A stretch of 64,000 nt of DNA from Octopus vulgaris (GCA_951406725.2 OX597814.1:123876001-123940000); one strand, 5' to 3'. Shown: positions 42,250 through 56,204, numbered from the stretch's first letter. Program-made: numbers and translations. The notes: a model not told the origin generated them from the sequence alone.

Positions 42250-42670
42250 TGAGATCGTTACCAGAGCAACAAGCTTGCCTTCGTGCCGATGGCACATTAC
42301 AAACACCATTTGAGCGTGATCATTACCTGCATCACTTTACTAGCACTTGTGCTGGTGGCACGGGAAAAAAACATTTGAGCGAGGTCATTGCCAGTGCCAC
42401 TGGACTGGCCTCTGTGCAGGTGGCACATAAAAAGCACCATTTGAGTGTGGCTGTTGCCAGTACCACCTGACTGGCCCTCGTGCCTGTGGCACATAAAAGC
42501 ACCCACTACACTCTCGGAGTGGTTGGCATTAGGAAGGGCATCCAGCTGTACAAACTCTGCCAGATCAGATTGGAGTCTGGTGCAGCCATCTGATTCGCGA
42601 GACCTCAGTCAAATCATCCAACCCATGCTAGCATGGGAAGCGGACGTTAAACGATGATGATTATGATGAT
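42250..42670 (+). mobile_element. Repeat family B
   Basis: Tandem subunits plus (GAT)n tail. Confidence 0.8.
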
Positions 42671-42794
42671 GGTATATATATATAATTTAAATAACGAAGG
42701 CGATAAATTGAATATTAATTTAATTAATGTCAATTTAAAACCAGTATCCTAGCATATAGAAAAATCTGAAAAATCAGAAAAAATTGTAATACAT

Positions 42795-42833
<39 letters not shown>

Positions 42834-42971
42834 CTGTGTGTGCATGTATGTATATATATATATATATATATACATACATATATGTATATAAATGCCTAGA
42901 AGATGGACATTAAACAATGATAATGATGATATGTTTATGAGTATATATATCTATATATAATGTAAATAAGT

Positions 42972-43243
42972 AACAAGGATGTTCAGGTATCAATACATTA
43001 CGGCCAGTTCGAGCAGTTCCATTTAATCAATCAATGAAAACATTACATCAATTTCAAAGAAATCGCTCTCCTCAGACGTAGATGACCTTATAGATTTCTA
43101 ACATAAAGGATAAACCATTTTTAACAAATTTATATCAATACCAGAAACCAAAATAATTTTAAATTGATGTAATGTTTTTGTTGATCGATTAAATGGAGCT
43201 GCTTGAAACGGTCGTTATGCATTGATTCCTGGACATCTTTGTT
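42972..43243. repeat. Inverted repeat (~83-bp arms), probably an old Penelope-like inversion
   Basis: 42972-43054 is the reverse complement of 43161-43243; GAAACGGTC remnant in the right arm. Confidence 0.8.
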
Positions 43244-43339
43244 GGAGCTGTATGAACTATACTGAACTGGGTGGTGCCTCAATTTAAGTACTTTATTCAA
43301 CTGAATCTCAATTATATTATATCTGTCTATCTACCTATC

Positions 43340-43400
<61 letters not shown>

Positions 43401-43479
43401 CTATCTATCTATCTATCTATCTATCTCTATCTATCTATCTATCTATTTATGTATATGTGTGTGTGTTATCTTTGCATAT

Positions 43480-46400
43480 GCTTCACATGCTGGGCTCACA
43501 GTTACTCAGAAGGACCACTTCTACGAATCTCTTCTGAAGACTAATTCAACAACTAAAGACAACGCCATTCTCATCATGGCAAGGGACTTCAATGAACCTG
43601 TTGGAAAACACTCCAATAGATTTTAGGGTGTTCATGGCGGCTATGGTTTTGGCTCCAGAAATGATGAGGGGACAAGGCTGCTAGAGTTTTGTGATGCTCA
43701 TGGCTTACTGATTTGCAGCACCAACTTCAGAAAACCTGCCTACCATCTGGTCACTTATCTATGTGGGGGACATACCAACCAGATTGACTACATCCTCACC
43801 AGATACAGGCTCATAAATGCAAACTCTTTCTCAGGCGAAGAATGTACATCTCAGCATCAGCTAGTGGTTAATGATTTCAGGCTTAGGACCAGAAAGATCC
43901 CAAGATGCAAGCCAATATGGTAAAGGAGGCTCTGGAAGCTCGAAGATCCTTCAAATGGGCAGAGATTTAGAGATGTCTTCAATGAGGCCTATGATGAGAA
44001 GGAGGGAGAGATAAACGCATATGAAATAGAGGACAAATGAAGGTTCCTATGGGACAATCTACTAAGGGCAACAGACCTAATTTGTGGTTGGAGCAAAGCC
44101 TTTGCCAGATCAAGGGTAACGTGATGGTGGAACAGTGATGTTGGTAGGGCCATAAAAGAGAAAAGATGGACCTGGAAAGAGTGGCAAAATTAGGGTTGTA
44201 GCAAAGAATCATATTAGTAGGCTAAAAGGGAGGATAGATGCCAGGTTTATCTAGCTAGGGTAGAAACAGAAAAGAAGAGGTTTGCCAAAGTCCTACAGAT
44301 CAGAGACTTGAAGTATTCTGAATTGCTTGATAGTGTGTCAGTGAGAATCAAGATATTGTAGGAGAGAAGTGTGTGTGTGGATGGATGGTGAATGGACAGG
44401 ATGCCGAATGCACTTTTGCTGAAGGGCAAGAAGTCAAAGCCAAGAAACCAAATGGACACAATGCTGAACAGACATAAATCGAAATGGACACAATACTGAA
44501 TGAACTTAAAGCTGAATGGACACAATGCTGAACAGACATAAAGCTGAAAGGATATAAAGCTGAACAGACACAATAATAATAAAAAAAAACATTCCTACCT
44601 ACATAGTTTAATGGCCACTTCACCAATTTGGCACTTAAGATTTAATGAGATTAAATTTTGGTATGTCTTTTCAGCATCTTGTCCATTTAGCTTTATGTCC
44701 ATTTGGCATTGTGTCTGTTTAGCTTTTTGGTTTTATCTTCTTGTTTTTCAGTAAAAGTGCATTTGGCATCCTGTCCTTGTACCGGATGGATAATGGTTTG
44801 CTTGCATTTAGGAATGTGGACAAGAAAGAGGCATGGAAAAGTTACTATGTGGGACAGTTGAATGGAGAGAATGAATGAGATAAGAGGAGTTTCTCTCATG
44901 TGAACCCAACAGAGGGACTGGCTACTTTAGTGGATAGCAGTATGGTAAATAAAGCAATTAAAAACACAAAAACTGGGAAAACCCCTGGTCCATCTGGAAT
45001 CAGAGGTGAGATGCTCAAAATATCTAGTAAGGTAGGATATAGGCTAGTCACCCGCATAGTTAATCAGGTCATTCAGGAAGGTGTAATGCCCAGTGACTGG
45101 TGTAGCAGTAGCATAATTGATAGCTGTTATAAGGGTAAAGGTGATGCTTTAAATAGAAGCAATTAAAGAGGCATCAAACTCTTGGACCAGCTGATGAAAA
45201 TTATCGAGAGAGTTATTGTCCAATTAATTAGGAAGAGAATTAGGCTGGACAAAATGCAGTTTGGCTTTGTCCAGGGAAGAAGCACTACTGATGCTATTGT
45301 CATGGTCAGGCAGCTAGCTAAGAATAAACCATTATACTTGGCATTCATTGATATTGAAAAAGCCTTTCGTAGAGTACCCTGCTGTGTGCTATGGTGGGCT
45401 CTGAGGAGGCTGGGGATAAATGGTGGAAGCTGTACTGGCCATGTACAAAGATGCTTTCAGTAAGGTGAGAGTTAACCATAAGTACAGTGAAGAATTTGGT
45501 GTACAGGTTGGGGTTCATCAAGGCTCAGTCCTTAGTCCCCTCCTTTTCATCATTGTCCTGCAGGCCATAACGGAGGAATTCAAGACCCTTGGGAACTACT
45601 ATATGCTGATGATCTTTCCTTCATAGTGGATTCCATATTAGAGCTAGATGAAAAATTTGAGGTGTGAAAGCAAAACCTGGAATGTAAGGGCCTTAAGGCT
45701 AACTTAGCAAAAACTAAGGTCCTAATAAACAAGAAAACTGGCAGGATCCTACCCAACAAAGGGAGGTGGCCTTGTTCGGTTTGATGGAAATGCATCGGCA
45801 GGAATTCCATACGATGTACTCAGTGTAAGCTATGGACACACAAGAGGTGCAGTGGAATAATAGGAAGGTTATCAGAGCAGATAGTTTTTGTCTGTGAAAG
45901 ATGCACAGGATCCATAAAAAACTTTACAGACTCAGGAAATTGATTCTCTCCAATGCCCTGGTGACTCATTAGAGGTTGTGGATAATTTCTGTTATCTAGG
46001 AGACTGAATTAATAGTGGGGAAAGATGCATGGAGAGTGGGATACCTAGAATTAGAATAGGATGAAGAAAATTCAGAGAGCTGTTACCTCTGTTGGCCATG
46101 AATGGTTTCTCTCTCTGAGTGAAAAGAAGATTGTATGATGCATATATATGGACAGCAATTCTACATGGTAGTGAGACATGGGCCCTAAAGGCAGATGACA
46201 TGCAAAGGTTAGAAAGGAATGAGGTTAGTATACTGCGTTGGATGTGTAATGTAAGTGTACATGTTCGATAGAGTGTTAGTGGTTTGAGATAGGAGATAGG
46301 CATAGGAGGAGTTAGTTGTTGTGTGCAAGAGAGAAGACTGTGTTGGTTTGGTCATGTGACACAAATGGATGCCGACAGCTCCATAAAGAAGTGCTGATCT

Positions 46401-46630
46401 CTCAAAGTAAATGGAAGACATGGAAGTGGGAAACTCAGGAAGACATGGGACAAAGTATTGAAGAATGACCTCAGGACACTGAACCTTTCAGGCGAGATGA
46501 CAAACAACCAAGATACCTGGTGACTTACTGTACTCAGGAAGACCCATACTCCATAGCAGAAGTGTTAAGACTGGTCCCTCTGGTGGTCAAATGTTCCAAT
46601 CTATGCCAGCATAGAAAACGGATGTTAAAT
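43480..46630 (+). mobile_element. Decayed RTE-clade LINE (APE endonuclease, RT, PHD-like Cys cluster, (GAT)n tail)
   Basis: DFN..VG, NQIDYIL, KTGKTPGPSGI, QFGFVQGRSTTDAI, AFIDIEKAF, GVHQGSVLSPLLF, LYADDL, WPCSV..NSIRCTQCKLWTHKRCSG, HGSETW, RRLCWFGHV. Confidence 0.92.
44387..44783. mobile_element. Non-autonomous DNA transposon with long TIRs and 8-bp TSD (Merlin or MULE-like), inside the RTE
   Basis: GGT...ACC termini, TSD GGATGGAT at 44379-44386 and 44784-44791, ~15-bp subterminal repeats. Confidence 0.85.
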
Positions 46631-46645
46631 GATGACAATGATAAC

Positions 46646-46715
<70 letters not shown>

Positions 46716-46725
46716 ATGGTGATAG

Positions 46726-46756
<31 letters not shown>

Positions 46757-47114
46757 GGTGATGGTGATAGTAGTGATGGTGATGATGATAATGATGATGA
46801 TGGTGATGATGATGATGATATGTATATATTATAAGTTTTTTTCCAAAATATCCAGAATATATTAAAAAATTATTGCAAATGGGAACTGTCAAGTGTCATA
46901 CATATCTTAAGCAAGTATCTTCTCTCTGAGTCAATGAAAAAGTTTTAATATGGTTACTCAACCTGTAAGAAATAACAGTCATATTTGTGTTAAAATTTTT
47001 ACCCTATTATCTTGAAAAGGGAGGGTCACATTGGATAATATAGTGTTAGATGTGTGAATCCTGAGAGAAGAACAAGATTTAAGGACATAGCCAGGTGTCC
47101 AAGTGATGAAAAGG

Positions 47115-48140
47115 ACTCTTTACACTTTTACACTTTTACTTGTTTCAGTCATTTGACCATGGCCATGTTGGACACCGCCTTTAGTCAAGCAAATCGACTC
47201 CAGGGCTTATTCTATCGGTTGCTTTTGCCGAACCAGTAAATTATGGGGACATAAACACACCAGCATCGGTTGTCAAGCAATGTTGGGGGGGGGGGGAAAC
47301 ACACATACACAAACATATACACACATATACATATATATATATACATATATATGATGGGCTTCTTTCAGTTTCCATTTACCAAATCCACTCACAAGGCTTT
47401 GGTTGGCCCGAGGCTATAGTAGAAGATACTTGCCCAAGGTGCCATGCAGTGGGACTGAACCCGGAACCATGTGGTTCGTAAGCAAACTACTTACCACACA
47501 GCCACTCCTACTCCTACGGGAAGTGCTACATTTTAAAAATGCATCTACTGGGTCAATCACAAAATTAAAATAAACATTAAATAGGCATGGCTGTGTGGTT
47601 AAGAAGCTTATTTTGAAATCATATGGTATGGGTTCAGTCTCATTGTCTGGCACCTTGGGCAGGTGTTTTCTACAATTCTTTCTATAGCCCCTGGGCTGAC
47701 AAATGCCTTGTGAGTGAATTAAGTGGAAAGAAACTGTGGAAGCCCATTGATATATACGTAAAATCAAAATCAAAAACAAATCAAAATTGAAATCAAAATG
47801 GAAATTGTAGTTGTGGCCGATGCCAGTGCCGTCTGACTGGCACCTGTGCTGGTGGCACATAATAAGCACCATTCAAGCATGGGTTGATGCCAATGCTGCC
47901 TGACTGGCTTCTCCTGCCGGTGGCATGTAAAAAGCACCACTTGAATGTGGTCCATGCTAGTTCCGCCTGACTGGCTCCCTGTGCAGGTGGCATGTAAAAA
48001 GCATCCACTACACTCTCAGAGTGGTTGGCATTAGGAAACCTTGCCGGATCAGATTGGAGCCTGGCACAGCCTACTGGCTTGCCAGTCCTCAGTCAAACCA
48101 TCCAAGTCATGCCAGCATGAAAAACGGGCATTAAACGATG
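47115..48140. mobile_element. Cluster: SINE A (minus, 47115-47510), SINE A head (plus, 47583-47750), family B (plus, 47760-48140)
   Basis: Homology to other copies. Confidence 0.8.
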
Positions 48141-48144
48141 TAGC

Positions 48145-48350
48145 AACTACTATTACTACTACTACTACTGCTACTGCTGCTGCTACTCCTGCTGGTGCTG
48201 CTGCTGCTGGTGCTACTACTACTACAACTGCTGCTACTGCTGCTGCTGTTGCCACTGGCTCTACTACTACTACTACTACTACTACTGCTACTGCTGCTGT
48301 TGCTGCTGCTGCTACTACTACTACAACTGCTGCTGCTGTTGCCACTGGCT

Positions 48351-48397
<47 letters not shown>

Positions 48398-48480
48398 GTT
48401 ACTGCTGCTGCTGCTGCTGGTGGTACTGCTGGTGCTGCTACTACTACAACTGCTGCTACTGCTGGTGCTGTTGCCACTGG

Positions 48481-48511
<31 letters not shown>

Positions 48512-48512
48512 T

Positions 48513-48565
<53 letters not shown>

Positions 48566-48635
48566 GCTGCTACTACTGCTGCTGGCACTGCTGGTGCTAC
48601 TACTACTAGTATTGCTGCTACTGCTGGTGCTGTTG

Positions 48636-48696
<61 letters not shown>

Positions 48697-48725
48697 GCAA
48701 TAACAACAACAACAACGACAACAAC
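48145..48725. repeat. (CTA)n/(CTG)n compound microsatellite with higher-order unit
   Basis: GCTGTTGCCACT recurs four times. Confidence 0.9.
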
Positions 48726-49999
48726 AGTGTCCTCCACCGCAGTCTCTCCTGAAACAGTTGCACATTCCAAAATAAATGGAACAGAAAGCTAATGGCTACA
48801 TAATAGGAACGGCTGGACTGAGCTTTGATCTAGACTTTATCATGTGTGTGTGGGTGTGTGTGTATGAGTTTGTCAATGTGTGTGTATGTATGAATGTAAA
48901 TGTGTGCATGCGTGTCGTTAAGTCATTGTGTGTGTATGCTTGTATGAATGTATGTCAGTGTATACTTATAAGTGTTTGTTAATGTGTGTTTGTGTATGTG
49001 TGTGTATGCATGTATATGTGTATGTCAATGTATACGTATATGAGTTTGTTAGTGTGTTTGTGTGGGTTGTCATTGAGTATGTGTGTATGCATTGTATGTG
49101 TATGTCAGTGTATACGTATATGAGTTTGTTTGTGTGTTTGTGTGGGTTGTCATTGTGTATGTGTGTGTATATGCATGTATATGTGTATGTCAATGTATAC
49201 GTATATAGGAATTTGTTAGTGTGATTGGGTGTTGTGTCATTATGTATGTGTGTATATATGCATGTATATGTGTATGTCAATGTATACATATATGAGTTTG
49301 TTGATGCGTGTTTGTGTGTTAATGTAAGTGTATATATGTGTCACTGTGTATGTGTGTGTGTGTGTGTGTGCGCGCGCGCGCGTATGTGTGTGTGTATGTG
49401 TGTGCATATGTGTGCGTATGTGTGTGTGTGTATGTGTGTGTGTGTGTGTGTTTAATGACATTTGACTCAATATCATTCGTTCCTGTTTATTTTACAAAAG
49501 AAATCACTAATATATTTATCAATTAGACAATTCCAATGAGGATATTTTTTCATCCTATTTATCTCAGCTGTTTAATCTTTACCAGATGAACGAAAAAGTG
49601 TTTACAAAGATTTGAAACCTGAATTTTAGGTTTTAAACCCAAATACAAATTGCTAGAGGCAGTAGTGTAGCTGAGGTTGCAGGTGGCCCATCCCAGGCAG
49701 TACTTTCATATGGGTGGCACTCTTGGGTCTCTTGTACAGATATTGTACAGATCCACTCTTGTACAAGAGGGGGTGGCGTAGGGTGACAAGCTCAAGGGTT
49801 ACCTTTAGCTAGGTCACTGGCTGGAAAGGTCTAAAAATGTAAGGAAAAGGGAAAGCAAATATGGTCAGCTGTCACGAGGAACTGTGTCTTGCTAATGTGT
49901 GCCATGTTTCTTGTTAATTGTTATGGACAGACTTAGTCAACTTCCCAGCCTTTAAGGCCCTCACTCTTGATCCTGTGGTACATCTAGGATGTGATAGCT

Positions 50000-50001
<2 letters not shown>

Positions 50002-50090
<89 letters not shown>

Positions 50091-50415
50091 GAGAGAGGGG
50101 GAGAGAAAGAGAGAGCAAGAAAGAAAAAGAGAGGGCAAGAAAGAGAGAGAGAGAGTGAGAGAGCAAAAGAAAGAGAGTGAGAGACAGGAAAAGAGAGAGA
50201 GAAAGAGTGAGAGAGATAGAAAGAGAGAGTGAGAGAGAGAAAGAGAGAGAGCGAGAGACAGGAAAAGAGAGAGAAAGAGTGAGAGAGATAGAAAGAGAGT
50301 GAGAGATAGAAAGAGAGAGAGAGAATGAGAGACAGGAAAAGAGAGAGAGAAGGAGAGAGAGAAAGAGTGAGAGAGATAGAAAAGGAGAGAGAGAGAGTGA
50401 GAGTGAGAGCAAGAG
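50002..50415. repeat. (GA)n polypurine tract with higher-order units
   Basis: Direct reading. Confidence 0.95.
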
Positions 50416-50759
50416 CGATGCATATGTGCTCAAGTGCTAATTGAGTAGACTGGAGCAGCATGGAATAAAATGTCTTACTCAAGGATACAAAGTGCTGCTT
50501 GGCCCAGAAATTGGTCTCAAACCACTAGACCAGTCACCTTCACAGAAGGGTCCATATATTAATGTATTTTAGACAGCACAAAATTAAACTAAATAGAGAT
50601 ATATTTGAGAACAATACCAAGATCTTCCCTTTCCTGCTCTTTCTGCCCTACTTACTTCTCCACCTCTTCTTCATCATTTGAGAATGATAGATCTTCCTCT
50701 TCCTCCTCTTTTTGCTCTGCGTCCTTCCCTCCTCTTCTTCAACATTTGAGAATGATACC

Positions 50760-51335
50760 AAGAAATGCTTAGTGGTATTTTGTCTGTCTTTACATTCTGA
50801 GTTCAAATTCTGCCGAAGTCAACTTTGCCTTTCATCCTTTCGGAGTCAATAGATTAAGTACCAGTTACGCACTGGGGTCGATGTAATTGACTTAATCCCT
50901 TTGTCTATCCTTGTTTGTCCCCTCTATGTTTAGCTTCTTGTGGGCAATAAAGAAATAAATATGTGTTTTTTGTGGGGTCCGGGGGCAGCAAAGAGAAGGG
51001 CCACCCTGGACAGCACACATCCTATCTATGCTAGTGCTCTCCATGTTCACTATTTTGTTATTTTACTTCTATAAATTACTCAGATCAATAGTAGATGAAA
51101 AAGCATCCATCATAATATATTTTCTTATTTCTTTATTGCCCACACTGGGACTAAACATAGAGGGGACAAACAAGGACAAAGGGATTTAGTCAATTATATC
51201 GACTCCAGTGCGTAACTGGTACTTAATTTATCGACCCCGAAAGGATGAAAGGCAAAGTCGACCTCGGCAGAATTTGAACTCACAACGTAACCGCAGACCA
51301 AATACCGCTAAGCATTTTGCCCAGCGTGCTAACGT
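50760..51335. mobile_element. Two SINE family C copies, tail to tail
   Basis: 50760-50958 plus; 51123-51335 minus. Confidence 0.8.
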
Positions 51336-52074
51336 TCATCGTATATTTTCGTATCATTAATAACGTTCATCGTAATATATTTTCTGCCTGCTTTTCCATG
51401 CTCACATGAGTCAGATGGAATTTATCTTGGCAAATAATCTACAGCTGGATGCTCCTCCTGTTGCTAACTCTCACTTGTTTCCAGGCAAGGTAATACTATG
51501 TCATGACCAGACATGCTTTCATAGAAGAGTGGAAACAAACAACAACCCCTCTTGTACAACAGTGGTGCTCATTTTACAGTTATTGTATGATGTCAAGACA
51601 AAAATGCACAAATGTATACACACTTTCACAGACTGACACATGCACATACACACACACACAGACACACACAGACCCCCCCCCCAGACCCCCCCCCACGCAC
51701 AATTCAAAAAGTGTGCTGGAAGGTATGACACATGACCAAAAAGTTTGGATGCAGCAGGAAAAAAGTCTTACACTCCACTCATATGCTAGGCATGGTTTGA
51801 CAATAAACTTCTTAACTCCTTGTTCATAGACTGGTGTGCAGATTGTGCATGAACACAGAAAATTTAAATCGGCATTAATGGTTTATATAATGCTTCAATG
51901 TACATATATTTAAGTTTTTTTTTTTTTAACCAATAATGCTGATGGAGTGAGCCAGCTGCTGTTTGTCATGAAACAGGTCCTTTGGGGTTGTGCAATTTTA
52001 AGGTGGCTGGCTTGCTGAAACTTATATACATTATTTAAAGCATAAATACCAATTATGTTGTCTGTGTTCCCTTA

Positions 52075-52146
<72 letters not shown>

Positions 52147-52436
52147 CATGTAAGTATGCATGTATGTATGTATGTATGTATGCATGTATGTATGCATGTA
52201 TGTATGCATGTATGTATGCATGCATGTATGCATTCATGTATGTATGCATATATATATGCATATATATATATGTATACATATATGTATATATATATGTATA
52301 TATGTATATATATGTATATGTATATATATATATACATATATGTATATATGCATATATATATAAATAAATATAGAGATGGTATTATTAAAATATCATCACG
52401 GGTGGGAAGCGAATTATCAGCTGTACAAGCAAATTG

Positions 52437-52534
52437 ATAAAATATATACAAAAAATATTAGATATGTACATATATACACAAGGGTACCCTTGTGTACATA
52501 TGTACATATCTAATATTGTATGTATATATTTTAT
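52437..52534. repeat. Spacerless palindrome centred on GGGT|ACCC
   Basis: 49-bp arms with few mismatches. Confidence 0.9.
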
Positions 52535-52899
52535 ATACATATATATTGTGGCACTCAGTCGGTTATGATGGCATGGGTTCCAGTTGATCCGAAATTAATG
52601 TGTAAGTGGCTGTGCACACCACAGACACATGTATCTTCAAGGTAGTTCTCGGGGAGATTCAGCGTGACACAGTGTGTGACAAGGCTGGCCTTTGAAATAC
52701 AGGTAAAACAGAAACAGAAAGAAAGAGTGAGGGAAAGTTGTGAAAAAGTTCAGCAGGGTCCACCACCAACCCCTGCTGGAACCTTGTAGAGCTTTAGGTG
52801 TTTTTGTTCAACAATCACTCACAACACTCAGTCTGGGAATTGAAACTGCGATCCCACAACCACAAGTCTGCAGCCCTAACCACTGGGGCATTGCACCTC

Positions 52900-53428
<529 letters not shown>

Positions 53429-53466
53429 AGTGAATGGAAGAAATGGAGTTGAACGAAGATTGTACA

Positions 53467-53577
53467 GAATTCCTTTTATTACATTCTACACATGTTTCAA
53501 AGGCCACAAATTTCCAAATTCTGATTAAATAAGGGTACCATATTGTGGCTTTCTCTTCAGGAAAAAACAGGAATTCC
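53467..53577 (-). ncRNA. Type I hammerhead ribozyme motif in a Penelope-like tail (53427-53760)
   Basis: ttc-CTGAAGA-gaaagccacaa..ttgtggccttt-GAA-ACATGTGT-A-gaa, with distal stem I extension gaattcct/aggaattc. Confidence 0.8.
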
Positions 53578-53821
53578 GTTGACAGAACAAAACAAAACAG
53601 AGGCGCAGCAACGCAATTCGAACGAGGACGCTCCTCAAGAGCCCATGGCTGAACTATATATATATAATACAAATAAGAAAATGGAGGAACAGATTCATTT
53701 CAATCATCAATTTACAGATATTAACCATTCATAATGTTTATTAACTACATAAATAGGAACATAGTGGGTTACACTCATAACCCCTATCTCACTTTGTACT
53801 TTTATATATATATATATATAC

Positions 53822-54195
53822 CATCATCATCATCATCATCATCATTGAACATCTACTTTCTATGCTGGCATGGGTTCAACAGTTTAACTAAGGACTGGCA
53901 AGCCAGAAGGCTGTACAAGGCTCCAGTCTGATCTGGCAAGGTTTCTACAGCTTGATATCCTTCTTAATGCCAACCACTCCGAGAGTGCAGTGGGTACTTT
54001 TTACATGCCACTGGCATGAGAGCCAGTCAGGTGGCACTGGCAATGACCATGCTTGAATGGTGATTTGTATGTGCCACCAGTACCGGAGCCAGTCAGGAAG
54101 CACTGGCAATGACCATGCTCGAATGATGCTTTTTATGTGCCACTGGCATGGGAGCCAGACATGCAGCACTGGCAACAACCACACTCAAATGTTGC
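53822..54195 (-). mobile_element. Repeat family B
   Basis: Tandem subunits plus tail. Confidence 0.8.
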
Positions 54196-54312
54196 TTCTT
54201 CCTTGTATGTATATATATATTTGTCGTGTCTGGGGAGAGTTGTATTGTTTTAATGACTTATTATCTAATATACTCACCAGTCTGATTTCTGCTCATTATT
54301 TATATTTTTTCT

Positions 54313-54350
54313 TCCAAAATTTTCGTTGCTTGTGCAACCTTGTCAATGGA
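54313..54350 (-). ncRNA. Minimal type I hammerhead motif with U3-A8 core variant (tail family T2)
   Basis: tcca-TTGACAA-g-gttgc-acaa-gcaac-GAA-AATT-T-tgga; stems I and II are perfect. Confidence 0.78.
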
Positions 54351-54647
54351 TGTTGACTCAGTCTGTTATTGGAGCTGCGTTTTTTGTCTGTTTGTGCACA
54401 TGCATGTGTATAAATGTGCATGTATGCTTGTGCATGCACATATGTATGTATGTATGTATGCACTTACGTGTGCGTTTGTATGTATGTATATATATATGTA
54501 TGTATGTTTGTATGCATGTATGTATGTGTCTCCATATGTGTCTGTATGTGTGTATGTGTGTGGCATGTGCGTATATATGGTCATGTGTTTCTGTCTCCTT
54601 TAGTGTGTGCATGTGTCTGTGTGTGGGTGTGCATGTGTGTATGTATA

Positions 54648-54679
<32 letters not shown>

Positions 54680-55484
54680 CATGCACATACATGAAGGGTA
54701 AAGGCTTCCCTTCAGTCACAAATGACCATAAGATTACATCAAGAATATTCTCCTCCAAGGCACCAGTCTAGGCAAGTTTATTTTTGCGGAAGATCAGCAG
54801 TCCCCCAAGTATATCAATCTCCCCTCTCTGCACAATCAATGTTGTCCAAGGGAAAGGCAAAGGCTGACACAACTTGGCACCAGTGACATTGCAACTCACA
54901 TCTACAGCTAAGTGCAGTGGAGCAATGTGAAATAAAGTGTTTTGCTCAAGAACACAACAGGCAGCTTGGTCCAGGAGGCAAAATCACAACCTCATGATTA
55001 CAAGCCCGATGCTCCAACCACTATGTCTTTCAGTTTTTCCTGTATTAAATCCGTTCTTTGGTCAGCCTGGGGCTATAGTAGAAGACATTTGTCCAAAGTG
55101 CTATTCAGTAGCACAGAACCTGGAACCATGTGGTTGGGAAGCAAACTTCTTCACCATACAGTCATGCTGGGATTTCATCATAAGGTTTCTTTGTCTCTTG
55201 TTGATTTGAATCAATTATGATCAAATGTGTTCCATTAAAACTACATTTATTTAATGAATAATTAGTTGAGACAACACTCAAACTTTATTCAATCAAAACC
55301 ATTTAAACATCCATGAACAAAACTACAGACAAAATTTCCACTTAATATTGATATTGTATGCATGTATGTATATATGTATGCTTATATGAATGTATGAATG
55401 TGTGTCTATATGTATGTGTGTGTGTATGTATCTGTGTGTGTGTGTGTGTATATATATGTATGTATGTATGTATATATACATATA

Positions 55485-55794
55485 TTGGCACTTGAGCTGG
55501 TGGCATGTGAACAAAACATTCGAGCGAGGTCATTGCCAGTGCCGCTGGACTGGCTCCTGTGTAGGTGCATGTAAAAAACACCATTTGACTGTGGCTGTTG
55601 CCAGTACTACCAGACTGACCCTCGTGCCAGTGACACGTAAAAGAACCCACTACATTCACGGAGTGGTTGGCGTTAGGAGGGGCATCCAGCTGTAGAAACT
55701 CTGCCAGATCAGACAGGAGCCTGGTGCAGCCATCTGGTTCACCAGACCTCAGTCAAATCATCCAACCCATGCTAGCATGGAAAGCAGACGTTAA

Positions 55795-55838
<44 letters not shown>
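55485..55838 (+). mobile_element. Repeat family B
   Basis: Tandem subunits plus (GAT)n tail. Confidence 0.82.
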
Positions 55839-55912
55839 ATATAAATTATTATTTCTAAGTCTCTGAATGAGAGACATTCAGTAAAGGTACTCTAGAGTAA
55901 AGATTATTTGCC

Positions 55913-56052
55913 AACATAATGTGGCAATTCTGCTTAGGACGAATGTTACTGTTATTTAGTCCCAGGAAGATGATATTTAGCCCCTAGAGATGATGTTTCC
56001 TTGAGCTAAATAACAGTAACATTCATCCTAACCAGGACTGCTACATTATGTT
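55913..56052. repeat. Fold-back (MITE-like) hairpin with ~68-bp arms
   Basis: AACATAATGTGGCA..GAATGTTACTGTTATTTAG / CTAAATAACAGTAACATTC..TGCTACATTATGTT. Confidence 0.85.
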
Positions 56053-56158
56053 CAACTTCGGTGAAATTTGAATGTAGTGGCAGATGAAATATTGCTTAGA
56101 ATTTTGCCTGGCGTGCTAACGATTCTGCCAGCTCACCACCTTAATAATAATAATAATC

Positions 56159-56204
<46 letters not shown>

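Noticed and set aside
48041-48765. Mucin- or antifreeze-like Thr/Ala ORF
   Set aside because: (CTA/CTG)n repeat open in several frames and starting inside a repeat family B tail.
49660-49819. Possible hAT MITE (CAGT..AGCT / AGCT..ACTG)
   Set aside because: TIRs are short and imperfect, and the TSD is not convincing.
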